Assembly: GCA_905178155.1 (NCBI GenBank)
Contig: CAJINV010000007.1
Location: 2,957,151-3,021,150, forward strand
DNA: 64,000 nt
Source: Amoebophrya sp. A120
Lineage: Eukaryota; Protista; Dinoflagellata
Direction of reading: 5' to 3'
Below the pieces are notes generated by a model. It was not told the DNA's origin and searched no databases. It saw only the letters and a list, made by a program, of their open reading frames with translations. Numbering within the stretch: the stretch's first letter is position 1; the number at the start of each line of letters is the position of its first letter. Shown piece after piece: positions 35,824 through 48,100 of the stretch. A program made the translations under genes and the position numbers.

Positions 35824-38800
35824 TCAGGTTTTCATTCCCGGCGCTGTGCTTCCCTGACCTGACCCGAGCATGCGGTGGACATCTTCCAAATCCTCACCGG
35901 GTGGATCCGTTCCGGACGCCAAACGACGAACAGGACTGTCGGATCCGGTGGAAGAAACGCTGTTTTTCCTTTCTTTTCTTCTCTTCAAACCCGGGGACTC
36001 AAAGTCGGTGGGCTGCGGGTCCTGCTTGAACATAATTTCCCTGCCGAAGGTCACCGAAGTCCAAAGCAAAGGTGGATCTACTTTGTCAACATGACCTGGT
36101 TGCGTTGCGTGCAGTGCTGCTGCAGGAGCTCCATTATTCTTGCTCAACGTGAAGATATTCTTCCGATCACTGCTACTACTACTGCTACCACCTGCTTCTC
36201 CCAACGCCTGCTCCTCACCAAGGTCGCTTTCCTGTGCCCCTTGCGAGGGGGTCCACGGAGCTGGAAGTTCACCGTAGGCGGAATTATAATACTTCGACTC
36301 GAACGCAACGTCTGGGCCGGTCACCGACCGGAGAATGTCGTCGACCCGCGGCACCATGCTGTTCGTCTTGTCTATCATCGGTGACGCCGCCACCCGCTCG
36401 CACGCAGAGATGGACACGTGTCTCGTAAAGTGCCACACCGACTTGTGGCTTCCGACCAACAGGTTTTGCAACGACTCCGTGGCTTTTTCGTCTTCGCGCA
36501 GCAGAGCCTCCTGCTGATGAGGTGCTGGGTTGTTTGCTCTTCCCACTCGGTCGTAATAAAATCGCAAGTTTATGTCCACTACGTTCAAACTGCACTCCTT
36601 ATCGCTCGGCCGTTTGTATTTCCCAAAACGAGAGCCCTCGCGCAGGTACGGGTCGTCCTGTACTTTCTTCCCCCCGCACGGGCGCTCCACGCCACGGAAT
36701 TGGAGCGACAAGCACCCTTTTTCGACGCCCCCCTCCCCTTGCCAGGAATTCCAATGCACGTCGAACAAAATCCAGTCCTTGTATAGGGGAATGTTCTTTA
36801 ACAGGGACACATGCTTGTCGAGACGGGGCCGCGCAGGGTCGACAACCTTCGGAAACCGAATTTTGAAAAGCTGCTTCTTTGATGCGCCTCTGATTCCTGT
36901 GTCACCACGACTTGGCGTAGCAGTACCCGTACCCAGCAACACTGGTCCACCAACCTCAGTCTCGTCGTCTGGGTCACCCTCGTCTTCGGAAGCCCACCTA
37001 TTTCCGTTTCCACGCACAAATCCCAACAGCGTGGACCCGACGGAAATTTTCCAGTCTTGTTCCATGGGTTGTTTACTACTGGAACTCTCCTCCTGTCTCT
37101 GTGTTTTAATACCACCGTCTTCGTCATCCGTACCCGCATCTGGAGGCAGAAAACCCACGTCGCTCTCATTCGCCAACCTACGACTCTCCTCTCCCATGCG
37201 ACGCACGATCGCGTACCCGGTCTGGATTATCCTCGACGGATCGAAATCCGGGCTGGAAACCTGACCCTCTGCTTCTTTCTTGCGGCGACGCCCTTCCCTC
37301 GCGTAGGTGTTCAATACCGTTCCGCAGGCTATCCGCGCGCGATCCAGGGCGTACTGCAGCGGCGAGTGGTCGTAACTAGGAAACTCCGGCCGGCTTGGGT
37401 CATTTAGCTCTTCGGGCTCGAGGTCGTAGTTGTTTCTGAATGTTAGTTTCGCAAGAAACTTCGAACCCTGCCACCTGGCTTGCGCAAGCAGCTCCTTTCC
37501 CCGCCCAAAGTGCCAGGGTGGCGTCAGACAAAACGGCTCGTCGCCGTGCAGGTCGACGCCAAAGTAACCGCGAGCTCTCGGTCCCTCCTCCTGCAGGGCC
37601 ACAGCAACGTTTCTATAGACCTGTTTTCGCACGATAGCCTCCAAAGGGTCCCGGTGTGGCTTGTTTCTTTGCTCCGGCGGCGTAGATGCGGTCCCGGGAT
37701 GCTGGACAAAATCCAACAACCAATCATTGACGACCGGAGAGCTCAAGTACGACGACCCGACACCGGAATCAATGTCACTGAAAGGAATAAAGAACGCACG
37801 CAGCTTGGATTTCTTCCATTCGTCGCCCTTGCTGTGTTCCAGCATTCTGTAATGTTCGCGCAGCAGATCTGTGACGTAAAACGTAGCGCGATCAGCTACA
37901 AGCACGAAGCTTTTTTCCACGTCAACCCTGACCCGAGCGGTTTCTTCATCTTCGGGCAGCACCCCGTCTAAGGTTTGTTCCCATTTTACCCACAGTACTC
38001 GTAGAAAAAACCGCAATAGCTCTGGATACTCGCATGCAGTGGCAAGGTCCTGATCGTCGTCATACTTCTGCCCCGCGCCGCCCGCCGCCGACGCAGCTTT
38101 CTGGTTCCACTCTGCTTTGAGCATTTCTCTGTGCGCACGGATGGAATCGCCACGCCATTCGTTCCATTGAGCCTTTTCCTCCTCCAGGATATCCCTAAAG
38201 TCCTCAAACGTAAAGTCCGTGAGCTGGCCATTGACGAGGCCCAACAGTCGAGAACTGACGCGTCCCGAATGGAACGGGAACGGCCCTTGCACTTTGTAAA
38301 GCAAAAGAATATCGTCGCCTTCCCTTTCAATCACCCGCGCACCCGCAGCCGCAGCTCCGTTTAAAATGTAGTTCAAACCTTCTGCTGCGTCGTTTTTCCT
38401 GCCTCCGAAGGCTGGCTGAAAGGCGCGCGCGCCACTACGTATGGCTTCGACAGCGACCAGCAACTGAGATGCGCGCTGTAAGTCCTGTAGTGGATTCGAC
38501 AAAAGTGTGGGTCTGCTGTAAGTCCCGCTGTTGCTACTGCTGCTGCTCTGCTGCATTCCAATTCCGTTTCCAAACTGGGGATCAACAATTTTCGAAATGT
38601 GCTCGTCGTGCAGGACGTAAAAGGGTTTCTCGTAGATCAACTTGCTCCACTCCCAGCCCTTCAACATAACACCCTCTTGCCGCCCGACCAGAAAGTTATT
38701 CCCGCGCGGTCGGTCGAAAATATCGCCGTGCCATTTTTGAATGACTGCTGGCACGTGTTGCGTCGCTCCACCGGTGTGTGCAACTCTTCCAAGATTGAGA

Positions 38801-41800
38801 TTTTGATACAGCCACTTCTTCACCTTCTCTGCAGAAACCAGGTCGTCGGAGTTCCATGTTGGCGGTGAAATCGTTCCAGCAGCCGTTGTTTGTCCAAAGC
38901 GATTTAATTGAACGGCGCTCGAGGACGCGGATGAGCTTGACCCTGACCCTCCCGCTCCGAAGGCCTGCTGCTGCTGCCCCCCGGGATGCCGTACCGGGAC
39001 GAGCGGCCCCGCAGTGGTGCCTGAAGGAGACGATGAGCTAGGGGCAGCAACAGGCGAGAGGCCTGGGCTGTGCTGCACCGGTGTGCTCGCTGTTGGAGAC
39101 GATTCTGGCGAACCCGAACTCGGGCTTCCAGCCGTCATATTGGCGACTGTGTTACCTCCTCCTCCGCTAACGAGATGCCCAGACTGCGAAGCCGTCAACG
39201 GTGACGGCAAAAGTGGCTCTGCATAACCCGCGCCAGCAAGAAGATCGCCTGCGGGAGGGCTGGGATGTGCAGGAGACGAGATCGGATGGCTGGCACTCCC
39301 ACTCGCACTTGCCGGTGTCTGGCCCATCTCCGCGGAACCTTCAGGCGCAGGTGTTGTCGAAGCCGCAAAATCATTACCAGAATCTTCCGAAGAACCTCGC
39401 GCACCAGAAACGACCACTTCTACTTCCGCAGCGTCGGGCAGGTTTTCGCCTGTCGCAACGACGGCTCCTGCCTCTGTCGCACCGTGTACGCTTGCTTGCG
39501 AATGCAGCGCAGCCGCGGCACTAGCTTCTGGTACATCTCCTGGGGGGAATGCTCCATCTCCTGTGGGGCTTGCTGGTGCTACTACAGTGCCTCTATAATA
39601 ATTAGGTGTAGTCGCGCCTCCAGTTGCTCTCTGCGGGCTCAGCTGGAAAGCAGGCACAGGTTGAGACCCGACTGGCGCAAGCGGCCCCGGAATGGAAATC
39701 GTCGTTGCGCTAGTACTCGTCGGCATAGAGGCCATTGTGGTGCCTGCGGCACCCACGGCAGTGCTCTGTGCGGCGTCGTTCGTCGACGTTGCAGCAAACA
39801 CACCTGGAATCGCGCCAGCATTCGTTTCACCTTGTCGCTGCCCCAATAGCGGAAGCCCCGGATTAGCCTGGCTTCTTGGTGGGGGAACCGGAACCGGAAC
39901 CGTTTTACCGCCGGGCTTCGAAGTCTGCGACCGCGACCGTCCGCCACTCTGACCACTTGAAGCGGACGACCCAGCACCTCCCGAGGACGGCGTCGATTTG
40001 GTCACGATCCCGGGGAATAATTCCGGTGGCTCGTTCTGTTGAAGCCCAGGTGCTACTCCTGACTGCGGCTGGAGCTGGATGTCGTGATCATCACCAGCAT
40101 CACCCCCACCGTTTCCAGTACCGCCAGCGCCACTGCCCCCCGTCCCAGAAAGACCGCTACCACCATCGCCATTGCCACCGCGAGGTGGGGGAAACAGAAA
40201 CTTTGTAGTTCCGCCGCCACTTTGCCCGTCCTGCGTGTCCATCTTCGCTCTCTCCTGGTCCACTGTGTACACCGCAAACCCGGCCGCTGCCGACACCGTC
40301 CCGGCAACCAGGACAAAAGCCAGCAAAGCCTTCCACGTGAGCAACGAGGAGAAAAACGAGGACCAGAGAGAAGGGTTTGAGCCTGCAGATTCTTGGTCCG
40401 TACTTTTTCCGCCGTCGGCTGCGTAACAGTCCTCCTCGTCGTGGTAGATATCATCCTGCTCCGCGTTACGATCCAGAGCGGTTTGACTTTTGGCAACAGT
40501 AGAATCGGCGTCCTCACCTCTTCTTTCGTGTCCGCCCGACAACAAAGGCATCCCTTGCAGCTCCGACTGTTCTTTCTCGTGGCTGTTCCCTGCTCCAGCG
40601 TCCACCCCTGGTACTACGTCCGGCGGGCTCTGCACAGAGCTAAAGCTATCCTTCCCCGCAGCGTCAAATAAATTATCGTCGTCGTGCAATTTCGCGAGCG
40701 CCTCGGCAACCTGCGTCCACTGTTCGCGTGCGGACGCAGTGTAATTCTTCTCCACCCCGTCGATCGGGTTCTCATCTGGTGTCGTCCCGGCTGCACCCGG
40801 AATGGTCTTAATATATTCTGGCGTAGCGTTGCTCTGACTAGTACTATCACCTCCTTCCCCACTCATCGTCATACCTGTCAGCAGCCCCGCGTCTTCCACT
40901 AGACTTCCGCTCTTGCTGATGTGCTTTTTGTGCAGCACCGTGGCGGTACTCCCCCAGATGGGCCGGATGTCCGCGCGCTGAAACGGAAACTCGACAAGAG
41001 ATTGCAAAGATTTCTCCACTTGCTCCAGACAAAGCACTTCCTCCCGGAGAAACGCCGCCGTCGGCCGTTTTTGCGCGTCACGGATCAGGCAGGATTGCAG
41101 CAGGTGCATCAAGTGGGAAAATTTCAGGAACAGAAGCTGGTTTTTCTCACTTTGTGAGAGAAATTCCACTTGTGCTGTTGTAGTCGTACAACTACTGCTG
41201 TCGTAATTTATTGTTGTTCCCCCGTCGTCAAAAGTTGTAGAGCCGCCATGGGACCACAGCGATTTGTTCCCACGACCCGCCGAGCCAGCGAACGTGAAGG
41301 TGCTCGAACTTGTTCCTCCCGCTGGAGTTGTAGTTCTCTGTCCTGCGCTATCTTCTGGGGAGAAGAACAGCGCCCCGTTATGGTCTTTTCCTGTAGTACT
41401 GCTACTACTCCCGTACACCTCTTTCACGTCTTCTGCGCCGTACAGGTAGTACCGATCTGGGTACTGGATCTCCATAGTCGGATCCACGATGCAGAACATG
41501 ACCCGGTTCTGGTTCCCCCCGTTTGCGTAGAGGTAGGCGTGCGGCGGCTTCCCGTAGATCATCGCGTACAGGATGATCCCCAGCGACCAAATGTCCGTCC
41601 CGGGCTTCATCTTCATGCTGCTTTCGTACTGGTCGCCCTGGAAAAACGCCTCGGGCGCCATGAACAGCGCGGTGCCGCACTGTCCGTGGCGGGAAATGTG
41701 CGTTTTGTCCTGCTCCAGCACCCTGGCCAATCCAAAATCGGACACCTTGATCTTCGTCCGATTCTCAAACAGCAAGAAGTTCGCGGGTTTCAGATCGAAA

Positions 41801-43350
41801 TGCACGATGTTCTGACTGTGGATAAATTCCACCGCCGCAGCCATCTGGCGGAAGCAGTGGAGAATGGTCGGCAACGGCATGAAGTCCACCTCGTCCGCGA
41901 AATGTTGGTGATTCGAGTCGTTCTTACCAATTTCGTCCCGCACAGAGGAACTTGCCCCGCCTCCTGCGTTGTTGAACAATTTCCGTCGCCGCTCTAGGAT
42001 CTCCCGTCGCCTCTTCGCGGTGGAGGAAGCATTTGAGGACAACTTCGGCAAGAATTCCTCGTGGAAGGCCTTGAAGTCGCAATCCGCAAATTCCAACAAA
42101 ATGTACAATTGCAGCGTTTCGGGCTCGCACCGACTGCCGAAGCACCGCACAACGTGCTCGCTGTAGTTCGTTTTCCGGTTCTGGTCGGTGAGGTTTTGTA
42201 ATAAGACCACTTCCTTTGCGTAGTTTTCCATCTGCGTGTAGGTCTGCGCCTTCACAATCTTCATCGCGTAGGATTTTTTGTCCCGGCGAACCCGGTACAC
42301 CTCCGCCGACCCGCCGCGGCCGAGCAGCTCATAAATGTCGAAGGTTTTTCCGTCCTCCAGCGCGAAGGTGGAAGTGCTAACGCGGGTCGTCGTGGTTCTA
42401 CTTCTGGCGGTCGTGCGTCGGTAATGATTCTCCAGGAAGAAACTAGGACGATCATGATGTTCTGCCGGCAGATGGGATGCATTATCGGGACGAGCCATTG
42501 GAGGCTGCTGGCCGCTTGGACCTACGATTATGGGAGGTGGCGGGGGTCCTCCGTGTGGACGCTGTGCAGTAGCAGCTTGCTCATCATTTATTGCATTTTG
42601 CACCGGTGGAAGTGAGATGTTCTGCACTGCTGGTGCCTGCGGGTCGTCCTCCACGTGGGCAAAAACCACTGCTGGTGCGCTTGCGACAACATCAACATGA
42701 TCGTTCTTGTTTTGGCCATATAATTCTTCATCTTCTGACCTGGGAGGTCCAGGAAGACCCTCTTGCGCACCCTGTTTCACCTCCAAATGTTTCTCATACG
42801 GATGATTTTTCGGCGTCCACGCAAGTGTTGTGGTCGTCACCCGCCCGGGAGCCGTATCATCTTGTTCAAGAGCAAGTAGATGTGACTGAGAATCCAAAAA
42901 ATCTTCATCCCCACCACCTCCACTACCGATCCTCAGTGCACGACCTCCAGCTGCTCCTTGTTCCAAGGTCGAGGCCGACGGGCGGAAGCTCTTACCTTCG
43001 TAAGCAGTCGGCGGAAGAGCAGAAACAGAGGACATGAAGCTGCTCCGGCTGCCTGTTAGTGTTCTTCTTTTCGGTTCAAAAGTATGGAATCTTCCGTTCT
43101 GAAGATGGGATACGGAACCATTTTCTTTTTCAACAAGAGCATCTTCGTCGTCCCGCACTTCATTCTCGTCTTCCACCGAGGCAGCTCTGGGTGTCGGGCG
43201 GGGTCGGGGGCCTAGTTTCAGCAAGCCCGCGTTAACATTGACGTCACGGGGGTCGTCTGTTTCTTCATGAAAAGAGGAGCCGCAGTCGTGCTGCTCGCCA
43301 GTGAGGGGATTTAAAAAATTAAAGGGAAGTAGATGCACCGGAGAGGACAT
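35824..43350 (-). CDS. Mps1/TTK-like protein kinase + single TM helix + long C-terminal region (2508 aa), paralog 1
   Basis: LGRGGSAEVY, YAMK, HFDLKPANFL, SDFGLA, GTALFMAPE, DIWSLGIILYAMIYGKPP; TM segment LLAFVLVAGTVSAAAGFAVYTV (~40260-40335). Confidence 0.85.
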   Translation of the reverse strand: MSSPVHLLPFNFLNPLTGEQHDCGSSFHEETDDPRDVNVNAGLLKLGPRPRPTPRAASVEDENEVRDDEDALVEKENGSVSHLQNGRFHTFEPKRRTLTGSRSSFMSSVSALPPTAYEGKSFRPSASTLEQGAAGGRALRIGSGGGGDEDFLDSQSHLLALEQDDTAPGRVTTTTLAWTPKNHPYEKHLEVKQGAQEGLPGPPRSEDEELYGQNKNDHVDVVASAPAVVFAHVEDDPQAPAVQNISLPPVQNAINDEQAATAQRPHGGPPPPPIIVGPSGQQPPMARPDNASHLPAEHHDRPSFFLENHYRRTTARSRTTTTRVSTSTFALEDGKTFDIYELLGRGGSAEVYRVRRDKKSYAMKIVKAQTYTQMENYAKEVVLLQNLTDQNRKTNYSEHVVRCFGSRCEPETLQLYILLEFADCDFKAFHEEFLPKLSSNASSTAKRRREILERRRKLFNNAGGGASSSVRDEIGKNDSNHQHFADEVDFMPLPTILHCFRQMAAAVEFIHSQNIVHFDLKPANFLLFENRTKIKVSDFGLARVLEQDKTHISRHGQCGTALFMAPEAFFQGDQYESSMKMKPGTDIWSLGIILYAMIYGKPPHAYLYANGGNQNRVMFCIVDPTMEIQYPDRYYLYGAEDVKEVYGSSSSTTGKDHNGALFFSPEDSAGQRTTTPAGGTSSSTFTFAGSAGRGNKSLWSHGGSTTFDDGGTTINYDSSSCTTTTAQVEFLSQSEKNQLLFLKFSHLMHLLQSCLIRDAQKRPTAAFLREEVLCLEQVEKSLQSLVEFPFQRADIRPIWGSTATVLHKKHISKSGSLVEDAGLLTGMTMSGEGGDSTSQSNATPEYIKTIPGAAGTTPDENPIDGVEKNYTASAREQWTQVAEALAKLHDDDNLFDAAGKDSFSSVQSPPDVVPGVDAGAGNSHEKEQSELQGMPLLSGGHERRGEDADSTVAKSQTALDRNAEQDDIYHDEEDCYAADGGKSTDQESAGSNPSLWSSFFSSLLTWKALLAFVLVAGTVSAAAGFAVYTVDQERAKMDTQDGQSGGGTTKFLFPPPRGGNGDGGSGLSGTGGSGAGGTGNGGGDAGDDHDIQLQPQSGVAPGLQQNEPPELFPGIVTKSTPSSGGAGSSASSGQSGGRSRSQTSKPGGKTVPVPVPPPRSQANPGLPLLGQRQGETNAGAIPGVFAATSTNDAAQSTAVGAAGTTMASMPTSTSATTISIPGPLAPVGSQPVPAFQLSPQRATGGATTPNYYRGTVVAPASPTGDGAFPPGDVPEASAAAALHSQASVHGATEAGAVVATGENLPDAAEVEVVVSGARGSSEDSGNDFAASTTPAPEGSAEMGQTPASASGSASHPISSPAHPSPPAGDLLAGAGYAEPLLPSPLTASQSGHLVSGGGGNTVANMTAGSPSSGSPESSPTASTPVQHSPGLSPVAAPSSSSPSGTTAGPLVPVRHPGGQQQQAFGAGGSGSSSSASSSAVQLNRFGQTTAAGTISPPTWNSDDLVSAEKVKKWLYQNLNLGRVAHTGGATQHVPAVIQKWHGDIFDRPRGNNFLVGRQEGVMLKGWEWSKLIYEKPFYVLHDEHISKIVDPQFGNGIGMQQSSSSSNSGTYSRPTLLSNPLQDLQRASQLLVAVEAIRSGARAFQPAFGGRKNDAAEGLNYILNGAAAAGARVIEREGDDILLLYKVQGPFPFHSGRVSSRLLGLVNGQLTDFTFEDFRDILEEEKAQWNEWRGDSIRAHREMLKAEWNQKAASAAGGAGQKYDDDQDLATACEYPELLRFFLRVLWVKWEQTLDGVLPEDEETARVRVDVEKSFVLVADRATFYVTDLLREHYRMLEHSKGDEWKKSKLRAFFIPFSDIDSGVGSSYLSSPVVNDWLLDFVQHPGTASTPPEQRNKPHRDPLEAIVRKQVYRNVAVALQEEGPRARGYFGVDLHGDEPFCLTPPWHFGRGKELLAQARWQGSKFLAKLTFRNNYDLEPEELNDPSRPEFPSYDHSPLQYALDRARIACGTVLNTYAREGRRRKKEAEGQVSSPDFDPSRIIQTGYAIVRRMGEESRRLANESDVGFLPPDAGTDDEDGGIKTQRQEESSSSKQPMEQDWKISVGSTLLGFVRGNGNRWASEDEGDPDDETEVGGPVLLGTGTATPSRGDTGIRGASKKQLFKIRFPKVVDPARPRLDKHVSLLKNIPLYKDWILFDVHWNSWQGEGGVEKGCLSLQFRGVERPCGGKKVQDDPYLREGSRFGKYKRPSDKECSLNVVDINLRFYYDRVGRANNPAPHQQEALLREDEKATESLQNLLVGSHKSVWHFTRHVSISACERVAASPMIDKTNSMVPRVDDILRSVTGPDVAFESKYYNSAYGELPAPWTPSQGAQESDLGEEQALGEAGGSSSSSSDRKNIFTLSKNNGAPAAALHATQPGHVDKVDPPLLWTSVTFGREIMFKQDPQPTDFESPGLKRRKERKNSVSSTGSDSPVRRLASGTDPPGEDLEDVHRMLGSGQGSTAPGMKT

Positions 43351-45143
43351 CTCGTCCGATCAATACACTTCTTACTTCTGACGAAAGTCCATCGAACGAA
43401 CTTTGTTCATAATTTCTTCCGGTTTTTAGTTTCACGATTAAAAATTTCATACAGTGTCTTCGTAAAAGTAAAAGGAGCTTGTACTTCTAGATTTTCACTC
43501 ATATCGAACTTGAGGTGGGTTTACAACCTTTTACTTCTTGATCTTTCTACACGATTATGAGGATGTTCAAACGAGGTCAGGTTCCAAAAGTTCCTTTCTT
43601 TTTCTACTGTAGCTGCTACCAGCAAATATTTTATGCTCGTGTTCGCGCTAGACAAACACGGAGAGTTGAGTCAGAATCTGAGCCTCGTCGTATAGAAAAA
43701 AATGACTTCAACGAGTTGAGATGGAGACTTCAAACGATATAAAAAAAACTTCAAATATTTGCGTACGTGTTCAAGACAGGGGTCCAAATCCTTCAAAGGC
43801 CACTACGCAGTCAGAAGTAACAAGGAAGTACTCGGGGTGGTAAAAATTGTCCAATCACGATTATCGAGAACGAGAGGTCTATCTTCTCTTCCGGTTAAAA
43901 ATACGTGGAAGGACGTGCGCCTTTCAAGGTGTTAAATATCTAGCAAGACCACGCTTCGTCACAATTATACACCTGGATGTGATTGTTGTTTCAGGAATCA
44001 GGGAGAACGAAAAGTGTCGACCGAGGACTCAAAGGTGAGACTTATTTCTGACACACGAATACAAGGCCATCATTTCAATTTTTCATTCGATCTTTCCTGC
44101 GGAGAAACGACTCTCCACTACGACTATGTATGATCCAAGCAATTTGAATTTTGCATGTTCATACAGATCAAGAGCATTAATTTCAGACAAGAGTGCTCGG
44201 GAAGGGTGCAATTTAACATTTTCATCCCGAAATTTGCACCGAGCACAATGATGTGGCAAGATCACGATTAGAATCACTGACCGAAAGACCGAACTCTTTT
44301 CTTCACTCTCAGAACTCATCTTGTTGATCCATCTATTTAATGTAAGATTTTTGAGCTACTCGATATCATCCTGCAACTCGGCTGACCAGAAATGTTTTCA
44401 CCCGAGATCATTTTGTGGATTCCGGATGATCATGAGAAATAAACAATACGTAGTTATAGCCACACCGTGCAATAAAATTCGTCGGAGAAATGAAATAGAA
44501 ACAGATAGCTTAAAAAGTTCTATCCAAGACCAAAAGAATCGTTTCAGGCGGGTGGTAAACGAAGAACCACAACGTGATACATCCGGGGTATTCATATTTC
44601 TCACTTGTCACGACCTCAATCAAATAAAAACACTTTTCGAAGATCTCTACGCCTGCGAGATTGATTCATCGCGAGGCAGAAAAAAAAAAATGCCATATAT
44701 CATCCTTGCTATGGGAACCATGCTATGTCAAGGTTGTGACATGTGTGTATGTATGTATGTTTAATTATGAATTCTCATGAAGTAAAAACGAAACGGGTGA
44801 AACAGAAACAGTTTCTAGTACAATAAATTTTCCACGGTTGATGTATGAATGCAGTGCACATAGCGGATGTCAGAGTGCCGCGTGTAAATCCAATCGTTCT
44901 TCGGGTACTATAGACATTTGACTGTTGAATAAAGAAGTTATTTTGGGTTCCTACATCACTGTAAAAATAACACGCTAGTGAAACTGGCAAGTGGAAGATG
45001 GGGGGGAGGGGAAACTAGAAAAAGGAAAAAACAAAAAGTCATTCGCTTGAAAAATAAAAAAGAAAAACACAGCCTTGCGTTTCGCGGAGGTGAGCGCCGG
45101 CTCTGTCTGAAGTTCCTTCACTATAAAATACGTCACGTTCGCC

Positions 45144-48100
45144 TCAGTCTGAAGTGGAATCATCCCAGATCACGATCGGAGCCGCACAAACACCCCTTTC
45201 CCACAGACCGATTGGTGAGGTTGTCTCGGTAGGGGTCGCCCCGGGTCCTGTTGATGGGAATGGTGATCCCGGACGGTTTCCTTGAGCCGCCTGGTTACGA
45301 ACGCCCTCGAGGCCGCAATCCCTTCCGAAGAGTTTGGTCGGCGGGCCGCTTTCCTTTAGGATGTCATCGACGTGCTTGCTACGCCAAAACGGGAGGTTCT
45401 CACTTCCGTAACTTTGCGCCATTTCCGCGAATATTCTTACATGTTTCCTCAGTTCCCAGAGCGAATCTTCATTCTTCTGTAAAGCGGTTTTTAAAGGCGG
45501 CAGGTCCTCGATCTTAATGGAACCCCGAGATTCTGGCTCAGAACTGCACTTGTAAAAAAAGTGGATAGCAACATTTACCAGCGAAAACTTATTTTCCGTG
45601 GCGTCTTCTCCGAATGAGTCCACCCCGCGAAACTGCAACACGACTCGTCTACCATTGATCCCGTCGACATATTCGGTACTGAAGGCTGCAAGAAACCAGC
45701 GCATATTTTGCAGCGGAAGGGTGCGGAGACGAACTACGTGTGGAGAGTTGGGCTGCGAGGGTGGAGGAGCATCTCCCTCGGCTCCCGATGGCGGGTCAGA
45801 ATCATATTCTCGAACCTCGTAGTTTCGACTAAACCTCAACAAATTCCGAGCGATGACCGACCACCAGGAGGTAGGCTCCTCCTCACGGCTCGCATCTGAA
45901 GATGCGGAAGACGATCCACGAGCACCAGTATCCTGAGCAAAAACGTCCCCACACCAGAGTCAAGATGGGAAATCTGCTAGACAAATCAACCAGCTTTAGT
46001 TGTTTCGCATGACAAGTTTGTCGTCGTAGTCTGGTCCTGTTTAGCTAGTTCAGCAGCATCACAGATCTAGAATATCATGCTGATTCTAGCATTAAAAATT
46101 CCCAAACACGACTAGAAAATGCTTCTCATGGGGCTCCGCATGAGAAACTTTTTTGGCATGTAGATTGGGGTGGGGACGTTTTTACTCAGAATAACCAGGT
46201 CGCGTTCTTCTTCTTGGCACGTAGCTGCTGTACTCCTCATCCGGCCTTCCTAGCTCTTGCACAATGCGATATCCAAGATCAATCAGCCCAGACTGGTCTG
46301 CACCAGCGTCTCGCAGGTCGTGCTCTTCCCTCTCTGCGCGTGCGAGCACAGTTCGCGTGTACGAACGCAGTGCCAGTTGCTGGTTTGCGGTGAGTACGTC
46401 CTGCAGATCACGCAACCATGATGTAGTTCCCGAATCACGGTAGATCTCGCGCCGAACTGTCGTTTCCAAAAGATCTTGATAGTCAAGGGCACCTGATGCA
46501 GTTAGTGTGCTTGTGGGAAGATGAGACCTGCTTTGTTCCTGCGTCGAAGCTCGTCCAGGATCCGCAGTGGTAGCTCCTGACGGCACGACCAACGAAATCG
46601 TAAGAAAAAATCCCCCCTCCCAATATCGAAGAGGTGCGCCTTCTAATGCTGATTTGTGGCCACAAATCGCGTCTGTCCTGCAAGGAGGCAAGTCCACAGG
46701 CTCCGCCGCATTATGCAGGCGGCTTGTCATCCTGTTGGGCCTACAGCGCGGACGTTTTTCATGCTAAGCGCCTAGGCCAAAGCCTCTCTACTCAGGCTTA
46801 CTATGGGTCTGCAGTCCTCTCCAGCACGACAAACCTGATTTGTGTACGCAAATCCAGCATCAGAAACTTCGTTTTTGATATGGGGAGAGGAGATTTTCCC
46901 TTTGGATAAACGAATCAGAATCTTCCGGTCGTGTGCTGGTCACACTCCCGTATCTTGCAAAGTCCTTTATCCAGTCCACTACCCTTGCGCTGCTAAAGGT
47001 AGCAAAAAGGCTCGGGAACGTCGAAATACAATCCCTTTCCGCTGTGACAGCCAAAGAAGAACGCGCTGGTAGTACAGTAGCAAGACCGTCACTGCTCTGC
47101 TGAGCAGTGGAAGGCTCTCTCGTCGTGTAATGCGATTTCAACACCTCCGCGACATAACCTGCGGCACACTCGCAGGCCGCTGTGTAGGCTCGGTCAAACG
47201 CAGCCCTCTGCCGCTCAACCTCTGAACGAAGACCTGCTGTTCCCGGCAACAAACCGATCTGTTCTGCTTCTAGCGCGTTGCGCTTCGTTCGCACCAAGCG
47301 CAGCAGCGCACGCAGCGCTTCCGGCAGCCGGCGAGCTTCCGAAGCGGGAGCTTCCGAAAAGTTTTGTCCATTTTGGCTGTGCGCCTCGAGTGTCCGTCGT
47401 TTCCGCTGGGACCACGCGGAGGAAGTAAGTTGTATTGCCGTTCCGCGATTGTGCGCCATCCTTCGGTGGTCCCGCATCTCCTCCAGCAACGTTGTTAAAA
47501 AAGACCGCGGCACCAAATCACCAGCTTCAGGAGCGGTGTCGTCTTCTTCTACCCGAACTTCCTCCGGATCCTGCATTCTATACAGCAGTAGCACATTCTC
47601 ACCTTCTCGCTCAAACGAGCGCGCGTTTTCGCCGACTATGCGGCTGTGCAGCCCGAATGCCCGAGCCCCGGAACGGAGTGCCGCGACTGCCACCAGGAGC
47701 TGGGAAAGCTCCCCGAGCTTCTTGAGACGAGTGTCTAGTAGGTCGTGTTCTCGCGTCTGCCCGGATGGCAGTAGTCCCTCCCCCCCATGGGCACCGTTAT
47801 GTCGAAGCGCAGCTACTAGCGCGCCTCGGTCCGGCGCGGCGCCGCGCAACTGGTGCCCCATCAGCAACTCAAACGGCGCCCCATTTACGAGCCGTTCCCA
47901 CTCCTCACCGCGCAACCTCCAACCCCAAGGCTCACTCTGTGGTAGCGACGGTCTCTCAAACTCAAACATGTCCCGGAAAAACTGCAGTCGCGGGTAGAGC
48001 GCGTATAAGTCAGAAGATTGCTCATTCTGTCGATTCGCTGGTGTGATCACCTGCTCTGCATCAGGAATATCACCCGCATCAGCGAGTTCCTGCGCAGGAG

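Noticed and set aside
46624-46880. Shorter introner bounded by tatcgaa/ttgata
   Set aside because: Flanks do not match; the inverted repeat extends out to 46596-46908, where the AACGA duplication and frame restoration occur.
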